Shown here: in pieces, positions 11,687 through 22,800 of the stretch | Numbering within the stretch: the first letter of the stretch is position 1 | Layout: each line of letters begins with the position of its first letter | Source of the DNA: Candidatus Uhrbacteria bacterium | GTDB taxonomy: Bacteria; Patescibacteriota; Patescibacteriia; UBA9934 | DNA length: 64,000 bases | Direction of reading: 5' to 3' | Assembly: GCA_963822405.1 (NCBI GenBank) | Contig: CAWGHH010000001.1 | Coordinates: forward strand, 227,717-291,716 | Position numbers and translations under genes: made by a program | Notes under the pieces: generated by a model | What the model saw: only the letters and a program-made list of their open reading frames with translations | Databases searched by the model: none | Told to the model about the DNA's origin: nothing

Positions 11687-11977
11687 ATGGAACTCTCCAA
11701 GCAGGATCTCATCGAAATCATCGACGGTAGACTGAAGGTTTTTAAGGGTGAAATGAAGGAGGTTATAGAGCAAACCACAGATGATAGAGCTCGTTTGATC
11801 ATTGATCAGAATCGTTCCGAGATTCTGGCTTCAGAAGCTCGACAAGACAAAAAGATGGAAGTAATGGAGAAACGAATTATTGATACTATTTCAGATGTTG
11901 TAGGCGAAGGTGTCATTCCACAAATCGAAGAACATGAGGTTCGTTTAGTTAAACTTGAGCAGAAGTTGGCGGTTTAA
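11687..11977 (+). CDS. hypothetical coiled-coil protein
   Basis: Charged helical pattern ending HEVRLVKLEQKL. Confidence 0.6.
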   Translation: MELSKQDLIEIIDGRLKVFKGEMKEVIEQTTDDRARLIIDQNRSEILASEARQDKKMEVMEKRIIDTISDVVGEGVIPQIEEHEVRLVKLEQKLAV

Positions 11978-12093
11978 GAAGTTAAAAAAGTTTAAAAAGC
12001 TGTAAAGTTGAAAAAGTAGAGAAGGGGACGGGGTGAAGGCTTCGTCTTTTTCTTTTGCGGAAACTCCTTTTAGATGTTAGACTTTGCCGAGTT

Positions 12094-13200
12094 ATGTCCC
12101 ACCTCGACAACCGTATTGCCGATCTTGAAACTCGCTTGCAACAGGCGTGGGATGCTTTGCGTTTAGAGGAAACTCGTGCCCGGGCTGCGGAGATTGACGG
12201 GATAATGGGGGAGCCGAGTTTTTGGAATGATCAGAAGCAGGCGAGAACAATTTCACAGGAGGGGAGCGAGCTCAAGAAAGAGCTCGAACTTTGGGACGGT
12301 TTCAAGAAAGAGCTAGTTGAACTCGACGAGCTGGTGAAATTGAACGAATCAGAGGGCGACGAATCGATGAAGAAGGCCGCTGACGAGATGATGGTGAAGC
12401 TCGAAAAACAATTTAGCGAGATGGAGTTTCAGATGTTGCTGTCGGGGGAGTTCGATACGCGCAATGCGATCATGTCCTTTCATGCCGGTGCCGGCGGAAC
12501 GGATGCAAATGACTGGGTGGCTATGCTTTTGCGCATGTACACCAGGTTTGCTGAGAACCATGGTTGGACGGTTGAGACGCTCGACGAATCACGTGGCGAA
12601 GAAGCAGGATTTAAGAGCATTACCATCGCTATTCGCGGTAGGTTTGCTTATGGCTGGTTGAGGAGCGAACATGGTGTGCACCGGCTTGTGCGTATTTCGC
12701 CGTTCAACGCTGACAAAATGAGGCATACTACGTTTGCTTTGGTCGAGGTCTTGCCGGAGTTTGATGAGGTTGACGAAAAAGCGATCGAGCTTGATCCGGA
12801 GGACTTGCGAATTGATACGTTTATGGCCGGCGGTAAAGGCGGACAGTCGGTCAATACTACGTACTCGGCCGTGCGCATCACGCACATCCCGACGAACACC
12901 GTGGTCACTTGTCAGAACGAGCGTTCGCAGTTGCAAAACCGCGATACGGCCATGAAAGTGTTGAAATCTCGACTATACAAGTTAATGGTCGAAGCTCGCG
13001 CGACGAAACTCTCGGACGTGAAGGGCGAGCATAAGACCGCCGCCTGGGGAAACCAAATTCGATCTTACGTCCTCCACCCGTATAAAATGGTGAATGACCA
13101 TCGGACGGACGTTGAAACAGTTGATGCGGAGAATGTACTGAATGGCGATTTGAAGATGTTTATGGAGGCGTATTTGAGAAAGTCGGTTGAGAACCGTTAG
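12094..13200 (+). CDS. prfB: peptide chain release factor 2 (no programmed frameshift)
   Basis: GAGGTDA, EHGVHRLVRISPF (SPF), GKGGQSVN (GGQ), WGNQIRSYVLHPY; single open frame. Confidence 0.96.
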   Translation: MSHLDNRIADLETRLQQAWDALRLEETRARAAEIDGIMGEPSFWNDQKQARTISQEGSELKKELELWDGFKKELVELDELVKLNESEGDESMKKAADEMMVKLEKQFSEMEFQMLLSGEFDTRNAIMSFHAGAGGTDANDWVAMLLRMYTRFAENHGWTVETLDESRGEEAGFKSITIAIRGRFAYGWLRSEHGVHRLVRISPFNADKMRHTTFALVEVLPEFDEVDEKAIELDPEDLRIDTFMAGGKGGQSVNTTYSAVRITHIPTNTVVTCQNERSQLQNRDTAMKVLKSRLYKLMVEARATKLSDVKGEHKTAAWGNQIRSYVLHPYKMVNDHRTDVETVDAENVLNGDLKMFMEAYLRKSVENR

Positions 13201-13205
13201 TGTCT

Positions 13206-13293
13206 GTCATTGCGAGGGGCCCGTCCGCGGGAGCCCGAAGCAACCTTGTGAGATTGCTTCGACCCAGACGATTACGTCTGGTCTCGCAAAGAC
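13206..13293. repeat. GTC-ended palindromic element, empty copy
   Basis: GTCATTGCGAG...CGAAGCAACC-6 nt-GATTGCTTCG...CTCGCAAAGAC; the same arms flank the GIY-YIG gene at 61735-62127. Confidence 0.88.
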
Positions 13294-13317
13294 TGAAACA
13301 AATACAAGACTAATCTT

Positions 13318-14235
13318 ATGAAAACACTAGTCACAGGTGGTTCTGGATTCATTGGCTCTCATCTTGTTGATCGCTTGATCGCGGACGGCCACGAGGTGAC
13401 GGTGATCGACAAAGTTGCGCCGAGCGACCTGAACAAGAATGACAAGGCGAAATATGTCATCATGAATATACTCGACAAAAAAGTTGAGGATATTTTTGCA
13501 GAGGCTAAACCGGAGCTACTTTTTCACTTAGCTGCCTACATTAACGATCGAGGCAGTATTAGGGAGCCATCCGTATGTACGGACACAAATGTCTTGGGAA
13601 CACTAAATGTACTCGAGTCCGCTAGGAAGTCTGGCGTGAAGCGAATAGTTTTTACTTCAACTGGTGTTTACTACGGCGAGCAGGACAAGATGCCAATTTC
13701 TGAAACTGCAGTTCCTAAGCCTATTACCCCGTACGGCATTTCAAAACTTATTGGTGAACAGTATCTTCGCTATTACCGCGAACACTTTGGTCTTTCTTCA
13801 ATGGCTCTTCGCTTGGGTAATGTTTATGGTCCACGGCAAGATGGCAGTCAAGAATGCGGAGGTATAGCTATTTTTACTGATCGACTGCTGAATGGTGAGG
13901 ACGCGTTCATGAATAATGACGGGCTGACCACGCGTGACTATATTTTTGTTGGCGACATTGTAAACGGCCTTATGAAGGCGGGGGAGAGCAAATACGTAGG
14001 TGTAGTTAACTGCTCAACTGGAGTCGGGACAACAACCAAACAACTTTACGATTTAGTTGCTGATGCCGTTGGTTCAGGTAAGCGACCCGTCGAACGCCCG
14101 GAAGTTCTCGACCATCCCAAGCATGTGGTGCTTGATCCTGGGCTCGCGAAAAGAGAACTGGATTGGGAAGCAAAAATGACCTTAAAAGAGGGAATTGCAG
14201 AAACTGTAAAGTGGTATAAGATGCATCGAGATTGA
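13318..14235 (+). CDS. NAD-dependent epimerase/dehydratase (GalE-like)
   Basis: TGGSGFIG, YGISK (YxxxK), NVYGPRQ, RDYIFVGD. Confidence 0.92.
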   Translation: MKTLVTGGSGFIGSHLVDRLIADGHEVTVIDKVAPSDLNKNDKAKYVIMNILDKKVEDIFAEAKPELLFHLAAYINDRGSIREPSVCTDTNVLGTLNVLESARKSGVKRIVFTSTGVYYGEQDKMPISETAVPKPITPYGISKLIGEQYLRYYREHFGLSSMALRLGNVYGPRQDGSQECGGIAIFTDRLLNGEDAFMNNDGLTTRDYIFVGDIVNGLMKAGESKYVGVVNCSTGVGTTTKQLYDLVADAVGSGKRPVERPEVLDHPKHVVLDPGLAKRELDWEAKMTLKEGIAETVKWYKMHRD

Positions 14236-14244
14236 TGCTATCTT

Positions 14245-14333
14245 GTGTCGTCCCTCCCATCCTGAGCGAGAGCGAAGGATCCGACTCTCAGGCCTGAGGG
14301 TCGGACTCTTCGCATGGCTCAGAGTGGGGACAC
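14245..14333. repeat. second GTC-type palindromic element
   Basis: GTGTC..CATCCTGAGCGAGAGCGAAGGA-[TCCGACTCTCAGG/CCTGAGGGTCGGA]-CTCTTCGCATGGCTCAGAGTGGGGACAC. Confidence 0.75.
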
Positions 14334-14348
14334 ATGGATAGACCTTTT

Positions 14349-15287
14349 ATGAAAATACTAGTCACTGGTGGCGAGGGATTTCTAGGTTCCCATATAGTCG
14401 ACGCGCTCGTAGCCCGAGGTGACGATGTTATTGCGGTTGACCACCATGCGCGGGAAAAAGTGCGCTACCCAAACCTTGGCGCGCGGATGATTTACGCGCG
14501 GTTTGGCGATCCGGTTGTTCGCGATGTGCTCATAAACGAACGGCCAGACGCCATTGTTCACGTAGCTGCGCAGATTAGTGTGACTAAATCTATCCGAGAT
14601 CCGCTTTATGATGCCCAGACCAACGTCATTGATGCGGTAAATTTATTGTCATGGGCTAAAGAAGCGGGTGTGCCTAGGATTGTTTTTGCTTCTTCGGGCG
14701 GGGCTATTTACGGTGATCATCCAGTCAGGCCAACGCCGATTATTCATAACCCTTCGCCTCTTTCTCCGTACGGAATAAACAAGTTCGGGTTTGAAAAATA
14801 TCTGGAGGGTTCCCGTGTGCTTGGTGGCCCGTCTGCTATTAGTTTACGTTTTTCAAATTTCTACGGTCCACGTCAACAGATTTCTAAAGAGTCCGGCGAG
14901 GGGAACGTGGTGACGCTATTTTTGAACCGGATTCTGGTTACTGGCCAGCCAATTACTATTTTTGGTGCAGGTGACGCTAGCAGAGATTATCTTTATGTTG
15001 ATGACGCGGTTAGCGTAATTCTTAAGGGTCTGGCTAGCGAGGTTGAAGGTCCTGTGAACATCAGCACCGGTCAGGCGGCGAGCATTCATGAGCTAGTAGA
15101 TCTTCTGATGGAGATCCATGGCCAGCCTCACGTTTTGAACTACGAACCATACCGTTCCGGAGAGGTTTACCACAGTGTTCTTGACCCCGAGTCGGCTGAG
15201 AGACTTCTTGGCTGGAAAGCGAAAATAGATTTGCGAGAAGGATTACGAAGAACCTATAATTGGTACAAAGAGACGTTCGGAGTTTAG
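14349..15287 (+). CDS. NAD-dependent epimerase/dehydratase (GalE-like), second paralog
   Basis: TGGEGFLG, SSGGAIYG, YGINK, NFYGPRQ, RDYLYVDD. Confidence 0.92.
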   Translation: MKILVTGGEGFLGSHIVDALVARGDDVIAVDHHAREKVRYPNLGARMIYARFGDPVVRDVLINERPDAIVHVAAQISVTKSIRDPLYDAQTNVIDAVNLLSWAKEAGVPRIVFASSGGAIYGDHPVRPTPIIHNPSPLSPYGINKFGFEKYLEGSRVLGGPSAISLRFSNFYGPRQQISKESGEGNVVTLFLNRILVTGQPITIFGAGDASRDYLYVDDAVSVILKGLASEVEGPVNISTGQAASIHELVDLLMEIHGQPHVLNYEPYRSGEVYHSVLDPESAERLLGWKAKIDLREGLRRTYNWYKETFGV

Positions 15288-15290
15288 TTT

Positions 15291-16085
15291 ATGCACGCCA
15301 AAAAATCATACGGTCAGCATTTTCTAAAAGACCAGTCGGTTATTGATAAAATAATTGCTGCGGCGGATATACAGCCCGGCGATATTGTGGTTGAAGTTGG
15401 TCCAGGAACTGGCGCGCTGACTAAGTCTCTTGCGCCAATTTCGTCGAAGCTCGTACTGATTGAGGCTGACGGTGAGTTGATTCCGAGCCTCACTGCTCAA
15501 TTTCCTTCCGCCGAAATCATCAAAGCCGACGCCGCGAAATTCGATTTCATGTCAGTTGCGAAAGGAGAGTGGATCTTCGTCTCAAATCTCCCCTATAACG
15601 CCGGCAACGCCATTTTGATGAACGTCCTCACTTCGAAAAATCCTCCGAAGCGTTCTGTAGTCATGTTACAAAAAGAGGTGGGGGAGCGAATGCTCTGGCT
15701 TGACCCAGGCGTTCTCTCTGTGGCTGTTCAGCTTTACGCACAGGTGGAAAAGGTGTGCATAGTTCCTCCTGGCGCGTTTTCTCCACCGCCGAAAGTTGAG
15801 TCGATTGTGCTCAGACTGATTCCATACCACCCGACCACTGACCCACTTCATGCCCTCCCCCCCGACCCCCTCCACTTCGTGGAGGGGGAGGAACTCGCTA
15901 AGCGAGTTCTAGCCATCGCGAAGGCTGGGTTTGCTAATAGACGGAAACAATTACATAAAAATCTGTCAGAGGCAGGACTTTTTACTAGTGAAGAAGTGAA
16001 ATCTAAACTTGTCGAGCTCGGACATTCGCCACTAGCACGAGCCGAAGAACTTTCATTAAAAGATTGGATTGCACTTTCCGAATAA
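15291..16085 (+). CDS. rsmA: 16S rRNA adenine dimethyltransferase
   Basis: AKKSYGQHFL, VEVGPGTGALT, SNLPYN, MLQKEV, FSPPPKVES, RAEELS. Confidence 0.95.
   Translation: MHAKKSYGQHFLKDQSVIDKIIAAADIQPGDIVVEVGPGTGALTKSLAPISSKLVLIEADGELIPSLTAQFPSAEIIKADAAKFDFMSVAKGEWIFVSNLPYNAGNAILMNVLTSKNPPKRSVVMLQKEVGERMLWLDPGVLSVAVQLYAQVEKVCIVPPGAFSPPPKVESIVLRLIPYHPTTDPLHALPPDPLHFVEGEELAKRVLAIAKAGFANRRKQLHKNLSEAGLFTSEEVKSKLVELGHSPLARAEELSLKDWIALSE
15853..15890. repeat. C/G-rich palindromic element inside rsmA
   Basis: CCCTCCCCCCCGACCCCCTCCAC-TTC-GTGGAGGGGGAG; translated as LPPDPLHFVEGE. Confidence 0.65.
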
Positions 16086-16118
16086 AACCCAGAACCTTCC
16101 GTGTTATAATCCTGGGGT

Positions 16119-16808
16119 ATGGACGAAAAGGGTTTCGTTTTACAGGAGCCCCGGCCAGAGCTGGGGAAAGAACAAAAAGTTGGGTTATTTTTTGTTATAA
16201 TTTGTGGCGTAGGCGCTACAATTTTGGGCGTGTTCTATGTTTGGAATCACATGGCCTCGCCCTTCATCATCACTTACACGGGACCAAAGCTTTTAGTGGG
16301 GGATGAAGCCTCAGCAAATGCGATAGCTAAAGAAAAGGCTACAGATACAGATTTAGACGGTCTTTCAGATTACGATGAGAAGAATGTTTACGGCACCAGC
16401 CCGTATCTTTCCGACACAGATTCAGATGGCATTGATGACCGAACAGAAGTAACTACTGGTACAGATCCGCTTTGTAAACAAGGTTCCGTTTGTACGGCTG
16501 GTGTGGCGGATTCTGGCGCATTCATTCCAACCACAGGCGCCGGAACTTTCCTAAGTGACATTCCAAACCCAGGATCAGCCCCAGTCCCACCAAGTGGCGT
16601 GGGCGGGGACTCTACACTTTCCACAAGCGCTGTATCTGGAACTCTTACGGCTGCTGACATTGAAAGGCTGAAGTCCTTACCGATTGATCAAGTACGAACA
16701 ATCCTGATTTCCTCCGGCGCTGACCAAGCAACCGTCACTGCCCTAAGCGACGCCGATGTTCAAAAGGCTTACCTTGACCTCCTGGCCTCCTTGACCCCTA
16801 CCCAATAA
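16119..16808 (+). CDS. membrane-anchored protein with thrombospondin type-3-like Ca-binding repeats
   Basis: One TM, then DTDLDGLSDYDE..YGTSP..DTDSDGIDD..E..GTDP. Confidence 0.75.
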   Translation: MDEKGFVLQEPRPELGKEQKVGLFFVIICGVGATILGVFYVWNHMASPFIITYTGPKLLVGDEASANAIAKEKATDTDLDGLSDYDEKNVYGTSPYLSDTDSDGIDDRTEVTTGTDPLCKQGSVCTAGVADSGAFIPTTGAGTFLSDIPNPGSAPVPPSGVGGDSTLSTSAVSGTLTAADIERLKSLPIDQVRTILISSGADQATVTALSDADVQKAYLDLLASLTPTQ

Positions 16809-16811
16809 ATT

Positions 16812-19800
16812 GTGTCACAAAAGCTGAACACATCTTTGAAGTATTTATCCCGACTGACTGTCGGCATGTTGCTTTTATGGGTCATGATCATGCCAAAGGT
16901 CTCTCATGCTTTGGAGATTCCACTGCCTCCAGTTGTGAATACTGGATTAACGCAGGAAGCGGCAAATAGTATTAGTAATGCCGCGGGAGCTGTTCAGGCA
17001 CCCTCACCAATGGTGGTGACTGTAGGTGCAGATGTTCCTTCAACTCTGAAGGGTATTTTAGATTCCGTAAAAGAATACGCCAAAAGTTCGTTGACGGGAG
17101 CTATTGCGACATATCTTGTAAATCTTACTACTTTTGCGGCGGATGAAGCCGCGCGTGAGGCCGCGGTGCGTTTGGTGAACTCGGGTCCGGGCGGAACTCC
17201 GCTTGTTGATCAACATCCTTGGGATAGCTATCTGAAGGATGTGGGTGCAGCTTCTGCTGGGGAGGCGCTTGGTTTATTGAATGATGAGATTACTGGGCCT
17301 GGTAAGGTTCTTCAGAACTTTAATTTATGTGCTCCTGGTAATGCAAACGTGCTTCTGTCATTCAAATTTGGCATCAAATCTGTTTTTCAAAAGCAAACGC
17401 CAAAGTGTAAAGTTAACGAAGTTGTTTCAAATTGGAAGGGTTTTATTGCAGATGTTTCTACCCAGGTCGGTGGCGGTCAGGCACGCAATCAGCACATCTT
17501 GACGCAATTAGCCGATGCTTTTGACCCTAACACCAACGAATTCTCCGTCGGCGTATCGCTAACTTCGAATATTTTAAACAACTCACAGGAAAAGGCGACG
17601 CTTAAGGTTGAGCAGCGTTTGAGTCAAAATGGCTTTCAAGATGTCACTGATTTCATCTCTGGTCAGGTTAAGACCCCGGCGAGCATGATTGTTAATGATT
17701 ATCAGCAGAAATTTAACAAACAAGGTGAAACGCGAAATCAGCTAAGTACTGCATTGCTTTCTAATACTGATGTTCTTCTGCAGATTGGTTTGCATGCAGG
17801 TAGTGTATTCACGAACACATTGCTTTCCAAACTAACGGAGAAAATTTACAACGGGTGGTTTGACGTCAATCCTGCGTTACAAAATACGAATCCATTTGAT
17901 CCGAGTTCATTTGCGCAAAATAATTCCGATGTCGCAACGGCTCGTTTGCGATCTATTTTTACGGCCACGCCACTCGAAATCACAAATTATAGCATTTTAT
18001 CGGATTTTAGTTCTTGTCCCCAATCAAATCGGGGGATATATAACTGTGTTGCCGATAGTTCTCTTATTTCTGCTATTGCGCGGGCATCTTCTGGCGTGGC
18101 GGTAACCGTGCAAGAGGCGATGGATCAGGGTTTATTGAAGCCTGATTGGCCTCTCATTCCTAGTTCTGATCATGCTCGTAACCAGGATCCATTCTGTTAT
18201 ACATATGGATATTGTTACGCGAACCTAGTGAAGCTTCGTAAGGCACGCGTTGTTTCAGTTGGTTGGGAATTTGCCGCGGACTCAGAGTTTAACTCGTCTA
18301 CCAATCCAACTACCTTACGCAAAGTTGTAGCTGGATTCAACGATTGTGACGCCTCGGGACAGCCGGATACTAACCATCCGTGGTGCAAACTGATCGACCC
18401 TACTTGGGTGTTGAAATATCCACAGACTCAATGTCGTGCAGCTGTTAATGGTCAGCTTTTGACATCTGGTGCCGCGGATGAACGTCAAACAGAGTGCGTA
18501 GACATGCCTAGTTGTATTGCGGAAGATGAGAATGGGAATTGTACTGGGGGATACGGATATTGTGTGAAAGAGAAGAACGCTTGGCAGTTCAGGGGACAGA
18601 GCTGTCCTGCGCAGTTTGCGTCGTGTATTACGGTGAAGAATTCAGAGAAAACGGTTTCGTACTTAAGAAATACGACTGATCCAGGCCCATGTACAGAAGA
18701 TAACGCTGGTTGTCAGTGGTATGCCACACAGAAGACTAAGCAGACGGATGGTTCGTTTAAATTCCCAGCTACAAATGTTCTAGCGGATGATGTTGCAACT
18801 GACACTTATAAGAATAGAACATACTTTACTAGCAGCGTTGAAGCTTGTCAGGCTGAAAATGGGGGATGTAAGGAGCTTGTTGTGCGTGACGCCACCTTGA
18901 GTTTGAACATGCTAGTGAACCCAAACCTGGAAGATGATACAGATAATAACGCCAAGCCGGATGGTTGGATTTTTAGCGCGCCTTCTAGCTCAACATTAGA
19001 TACGGCAAGTGCGTTTAGCAGGTCAGGAAGTAAAGCTGTGAAGACTGGAACGGGAATTGTTTATGAGCCTGGAGTGGAGTTTTCTCAGGGACGTTTTTAC
19101 ACTATGTCATTTTATGCTCGGCAGACTGTTGCCGGCGGATCTGATATTGGTGACATGTTTATTGGCTTTAGCGCTGATGACGGTTCGGGTATTAATCTTG
19201 GTGGCACCAGCATAATGGCCGGTGCAAATTCGGCTTGTGTACTTAAGGATGGAAATAATGATGGAAAAATGGATGCAGTTGATGTAACCGGTAAGCCTAC
19301 TGGCACTGTGTACGAGCGTTTCTCTTGTACATTTACTTCGCCTATTCAAGCAAACTCGGCAGCTAGGTTGTTTGCCTTTGTTGACCTGATGCCTGGTAAC
19401 GCTTGGATTGATGATGTTCAAGTAGAGCAGGGGCCGAAGGTTACTAATTTCCACAGTGGCTATTCGTCGACCACGCTCGCAAAAGAAGTCGTGAAGGTTC
19501 CGCCGTCATATCTTGGTTGTACTGGCGCGTCGACTGATCCGGCAGAGTGCGCAAAATATGCCAAGGTTTGTTCTGAAAATGATAACGGCTGTAGCGCGTA
19601 TACGCCTGCAAATGGAGACCCCGTCGTTACAGGAGTTGTTGACCTCGGGCTTCCGCTCCCTATTGTTGATGGACAAGACGAATGTCCGGCCGCTTGTGTT
19701 GGCTACGATACTTATAGACAAGAAGGTTTCGACATGGCAAAGAATTCAGGATCACGATTTGAGCCAGATGGTGTTTTTCCGCTTTATTTAATTCCAAGCA

Positions 19801-22800
19801 CCGCCAAGACTTGTCGGGATCAAGACGTTGGTTGTGATGAGTTCACGAATCTTTCGGACGAGAGCAAATCGTACTTTACTTATGTCCGAGCCTGCGTGAC
19901 CCCAGCTCAAGCTGAGGCAAACACCGGTTCTGACAACTCGGCCACTTTCTATACATGGGAAGGCTCTGATAATTCCGGTTACCAGTTGAAGACCTGGGAT
20001 TTATTACAGTCGAATTTGGGCTTGTCGACGTATACCTATCAGAACTCGCTTGGAATCGACACCGCTCCAGGTAACGCCCCATGTGAGCACGGAGTAGCTA
20101 CGCCAAATGGCATGACTTGTGCTGATGCTGTTGATTCTAACGGTGACCAGAAATATGACTGGGATACGGCTAGTTGCGATGAACACTCTGACATTTTCTC
20201 GAATTCTGATTGTCGGGAATTCTATGACGCTAACGGCGTAATTCACTATCGTTTGTGGTCAAACACGGTGACTGTAGATGCGGCCTGTTCTACATATAGA
20301 AAGACAGACGTAGTTGGCGCCGATCTAACGGAGAAGCAGGCCACCTGTACAAGTTCGGGCGGTTTCTTTGATGTTCAAGCTGGTACTTGTAGATATTACG
20401 GGCTGGCTACTGGCAGCAAGACTTGTTCAGCGGCGGCTAACGGTTGTCGTTCCTACACTGGAGGCAGAAGCCGAAACAGTTTTGTGGCGTATCAAGATTT
20501 GGTCGAGGACGGAAATCTGACTAAGTGGACTTCGGCTGTGCCGGCATCGCTCGTTTACAGTAACGAGTCACTGGCAACTGGCGGTCATTCTATTTCCACC
20601 AGTGCTCCTTTTGCTACATTGTCGAGCTCACTTACAGGCAAGCTACCTGCCAGCCGAACTTACACCTTGTCGTTCTTAGCTAAGGGAACCGGCACGCTCC
20701 AGGCTGGATTTGATTATCAAGCAGCTGTCGCTTCACCTACGATCGACTTAGCCTTTGGTTCGGTCACTGTTTCTCAGGGTTGGCAGCAGTATTCGCTTGG
20801 CCCACTAGACATGAGCAGTGTCTCAGCTATCTTTGGTAACGGGACGGCGCTCGCTTTTGTCCCGGCTGGTAACGTATTCGTTGATAATATTATTCTTCGA
20901 GCCGGCCAAGATAACATTACGCTCATCAAGAATTCATGGTCTACGCCAGCTGCTTGTGATCTGACGCCAACCGGCGCGCCAGCTCCGCAGTATTACTTGG
21001 GTTGTCAGCAATATTCTACGCAGACCGGTACTAAAGTTAACGTGAAGAGCTTTAGCAAGCTTTGCTCTGCAGATAAAGTTGGTTGCGCTAGCTTCTTCAT
21101 GACCGAGGAGAGTGCCTCGCCTCATGCTGAGGTTCATAACGCCACTTGTGGAACTATTGGCGGAGCAATTGCTACCGTTTCTACGGCTTGTCATTACGGT
21201 GTAAATGCTACTGCGTATGACATTACTACTCCGCTTCTTTGTACCATTGGTGTCGGCTCGAACAGCTGTCCATTTAATTTGAACTGGTATGTTGCCCCGG
21301 CTAATTTGCCAGCCCATCTAAAATACGCGCCGTCTACGGTCATAACGCCAGCCGATAAAGACGTGTTCCTGGTGGTGACAGATGACAAGAAGTGCGCCTC
21401 TGACGCTGCTGGTTGTACGGAATACGGTAAGCCAACTTACAATCAAGCTCGAACTGCTACAACCGGCGCGACGAGCAAGTTCTTGAAGAATAATCCGGCT
21501 AAGTATGTAGCATCTGGAGCGGATAAATCGATTCTTTGTTCGCAAAACGCGCTTTACTGTTCTGCTTGGACGGGAACTGGTGGCACGCAGTATTACTTTA
21601 AGGATCCAATCAATCAGACTTGTGAGTACAAGACAAACGTTAGCGTTGGCACTGTTTCCTACAGCGGTTGGTTCAAGACGGGCACCTCGGAACTTTGTTA
21701 CAACACTCCAAACTACGTCATTGGCGGAAACATGAGTGGTATTTGGAAGAATGGTGATGCGAACTATGCTGGCTGGGTTGGTACTTGTTCTACTCAGTAC
21801 AACTCCTGTTCCGAGTACCAGGATCCACTCGCCATCAAGACGAATGAAATCTACGGTAACTCTGATGGCACGCCGTATTTCACTCTTTCAACGTCACTTG
21901 GTTCTTCACGTTCGTCCGTTACTGGTACAGATTGTAACGGCAAAGTTTCATTAAAAGGCGGTTGCGCTCTGTTTAATGACACTTCCGTTTCTAGAAAGAC
22001 GGCTAACGCGTCAGCTACTGAAATGGCTTCTCGCCATGCTGATAAGTTATTTAACACTGAGCCTTATTCATTAGTCGATCCAATCGACTGTGACAGTAAC
22101 GCCACCGTCATTCACACACCTTCCAGTGGCGACGTTGATCTTTGTGCAAAACGGTGTGCCTATAGAGAGGGAAGTGTAAAAGACCTTACCAAGCCTGATA
22201 GCAATACTCCTATTTACGGATCTTCTTGTTACACCTCTGAGGACTGTGCGCCAGTTGATAGTGAATATGGCGAACGCGTGAAGGCCACAGGTTGTGACGC
22301 TGCAACTGCTGCTTTGCGTCTAAAAGATGACGCTAACACTGTTTTGGCCGTAAACCGAAACCGTGAATGTTCAGAATGGCTGTCTTGCGCTAACGCTCAA
22401 ACCGTTTGGGATGACGCTTCTAGCAGCTACAAGACAATCTGTGATCAGGTAGCTCTCTGTACGGAATATTCCGCTCAGGGTAGCTCCTCTTTCTGTTCAA
22501 AATGGAACTTTGATGCGCCAAAAGTAGTTCTTACTAATGACCGTTACACTTCTCGTGATGTCAGCTGGTACGGCAGTGAATACTCCGGAATGTCTATTCC
22601 TAATCTCTTCTCCGTCGAGGCCTTAGAGCAAGCAAACGTAGCGCCCAAGTTTACTTGTGATCTTTCCAAGCTACAAGATGGAGGTTCTGACAACGTAGAT
22701 CTTGCATATTTCAATGCAAACAACGGCAAATGGTGCTCTCTTGATGCGGAGTGCGGCACGGGTGCAAAATTCGTTGGTACATGTTCCGGCCCACAGGGCA

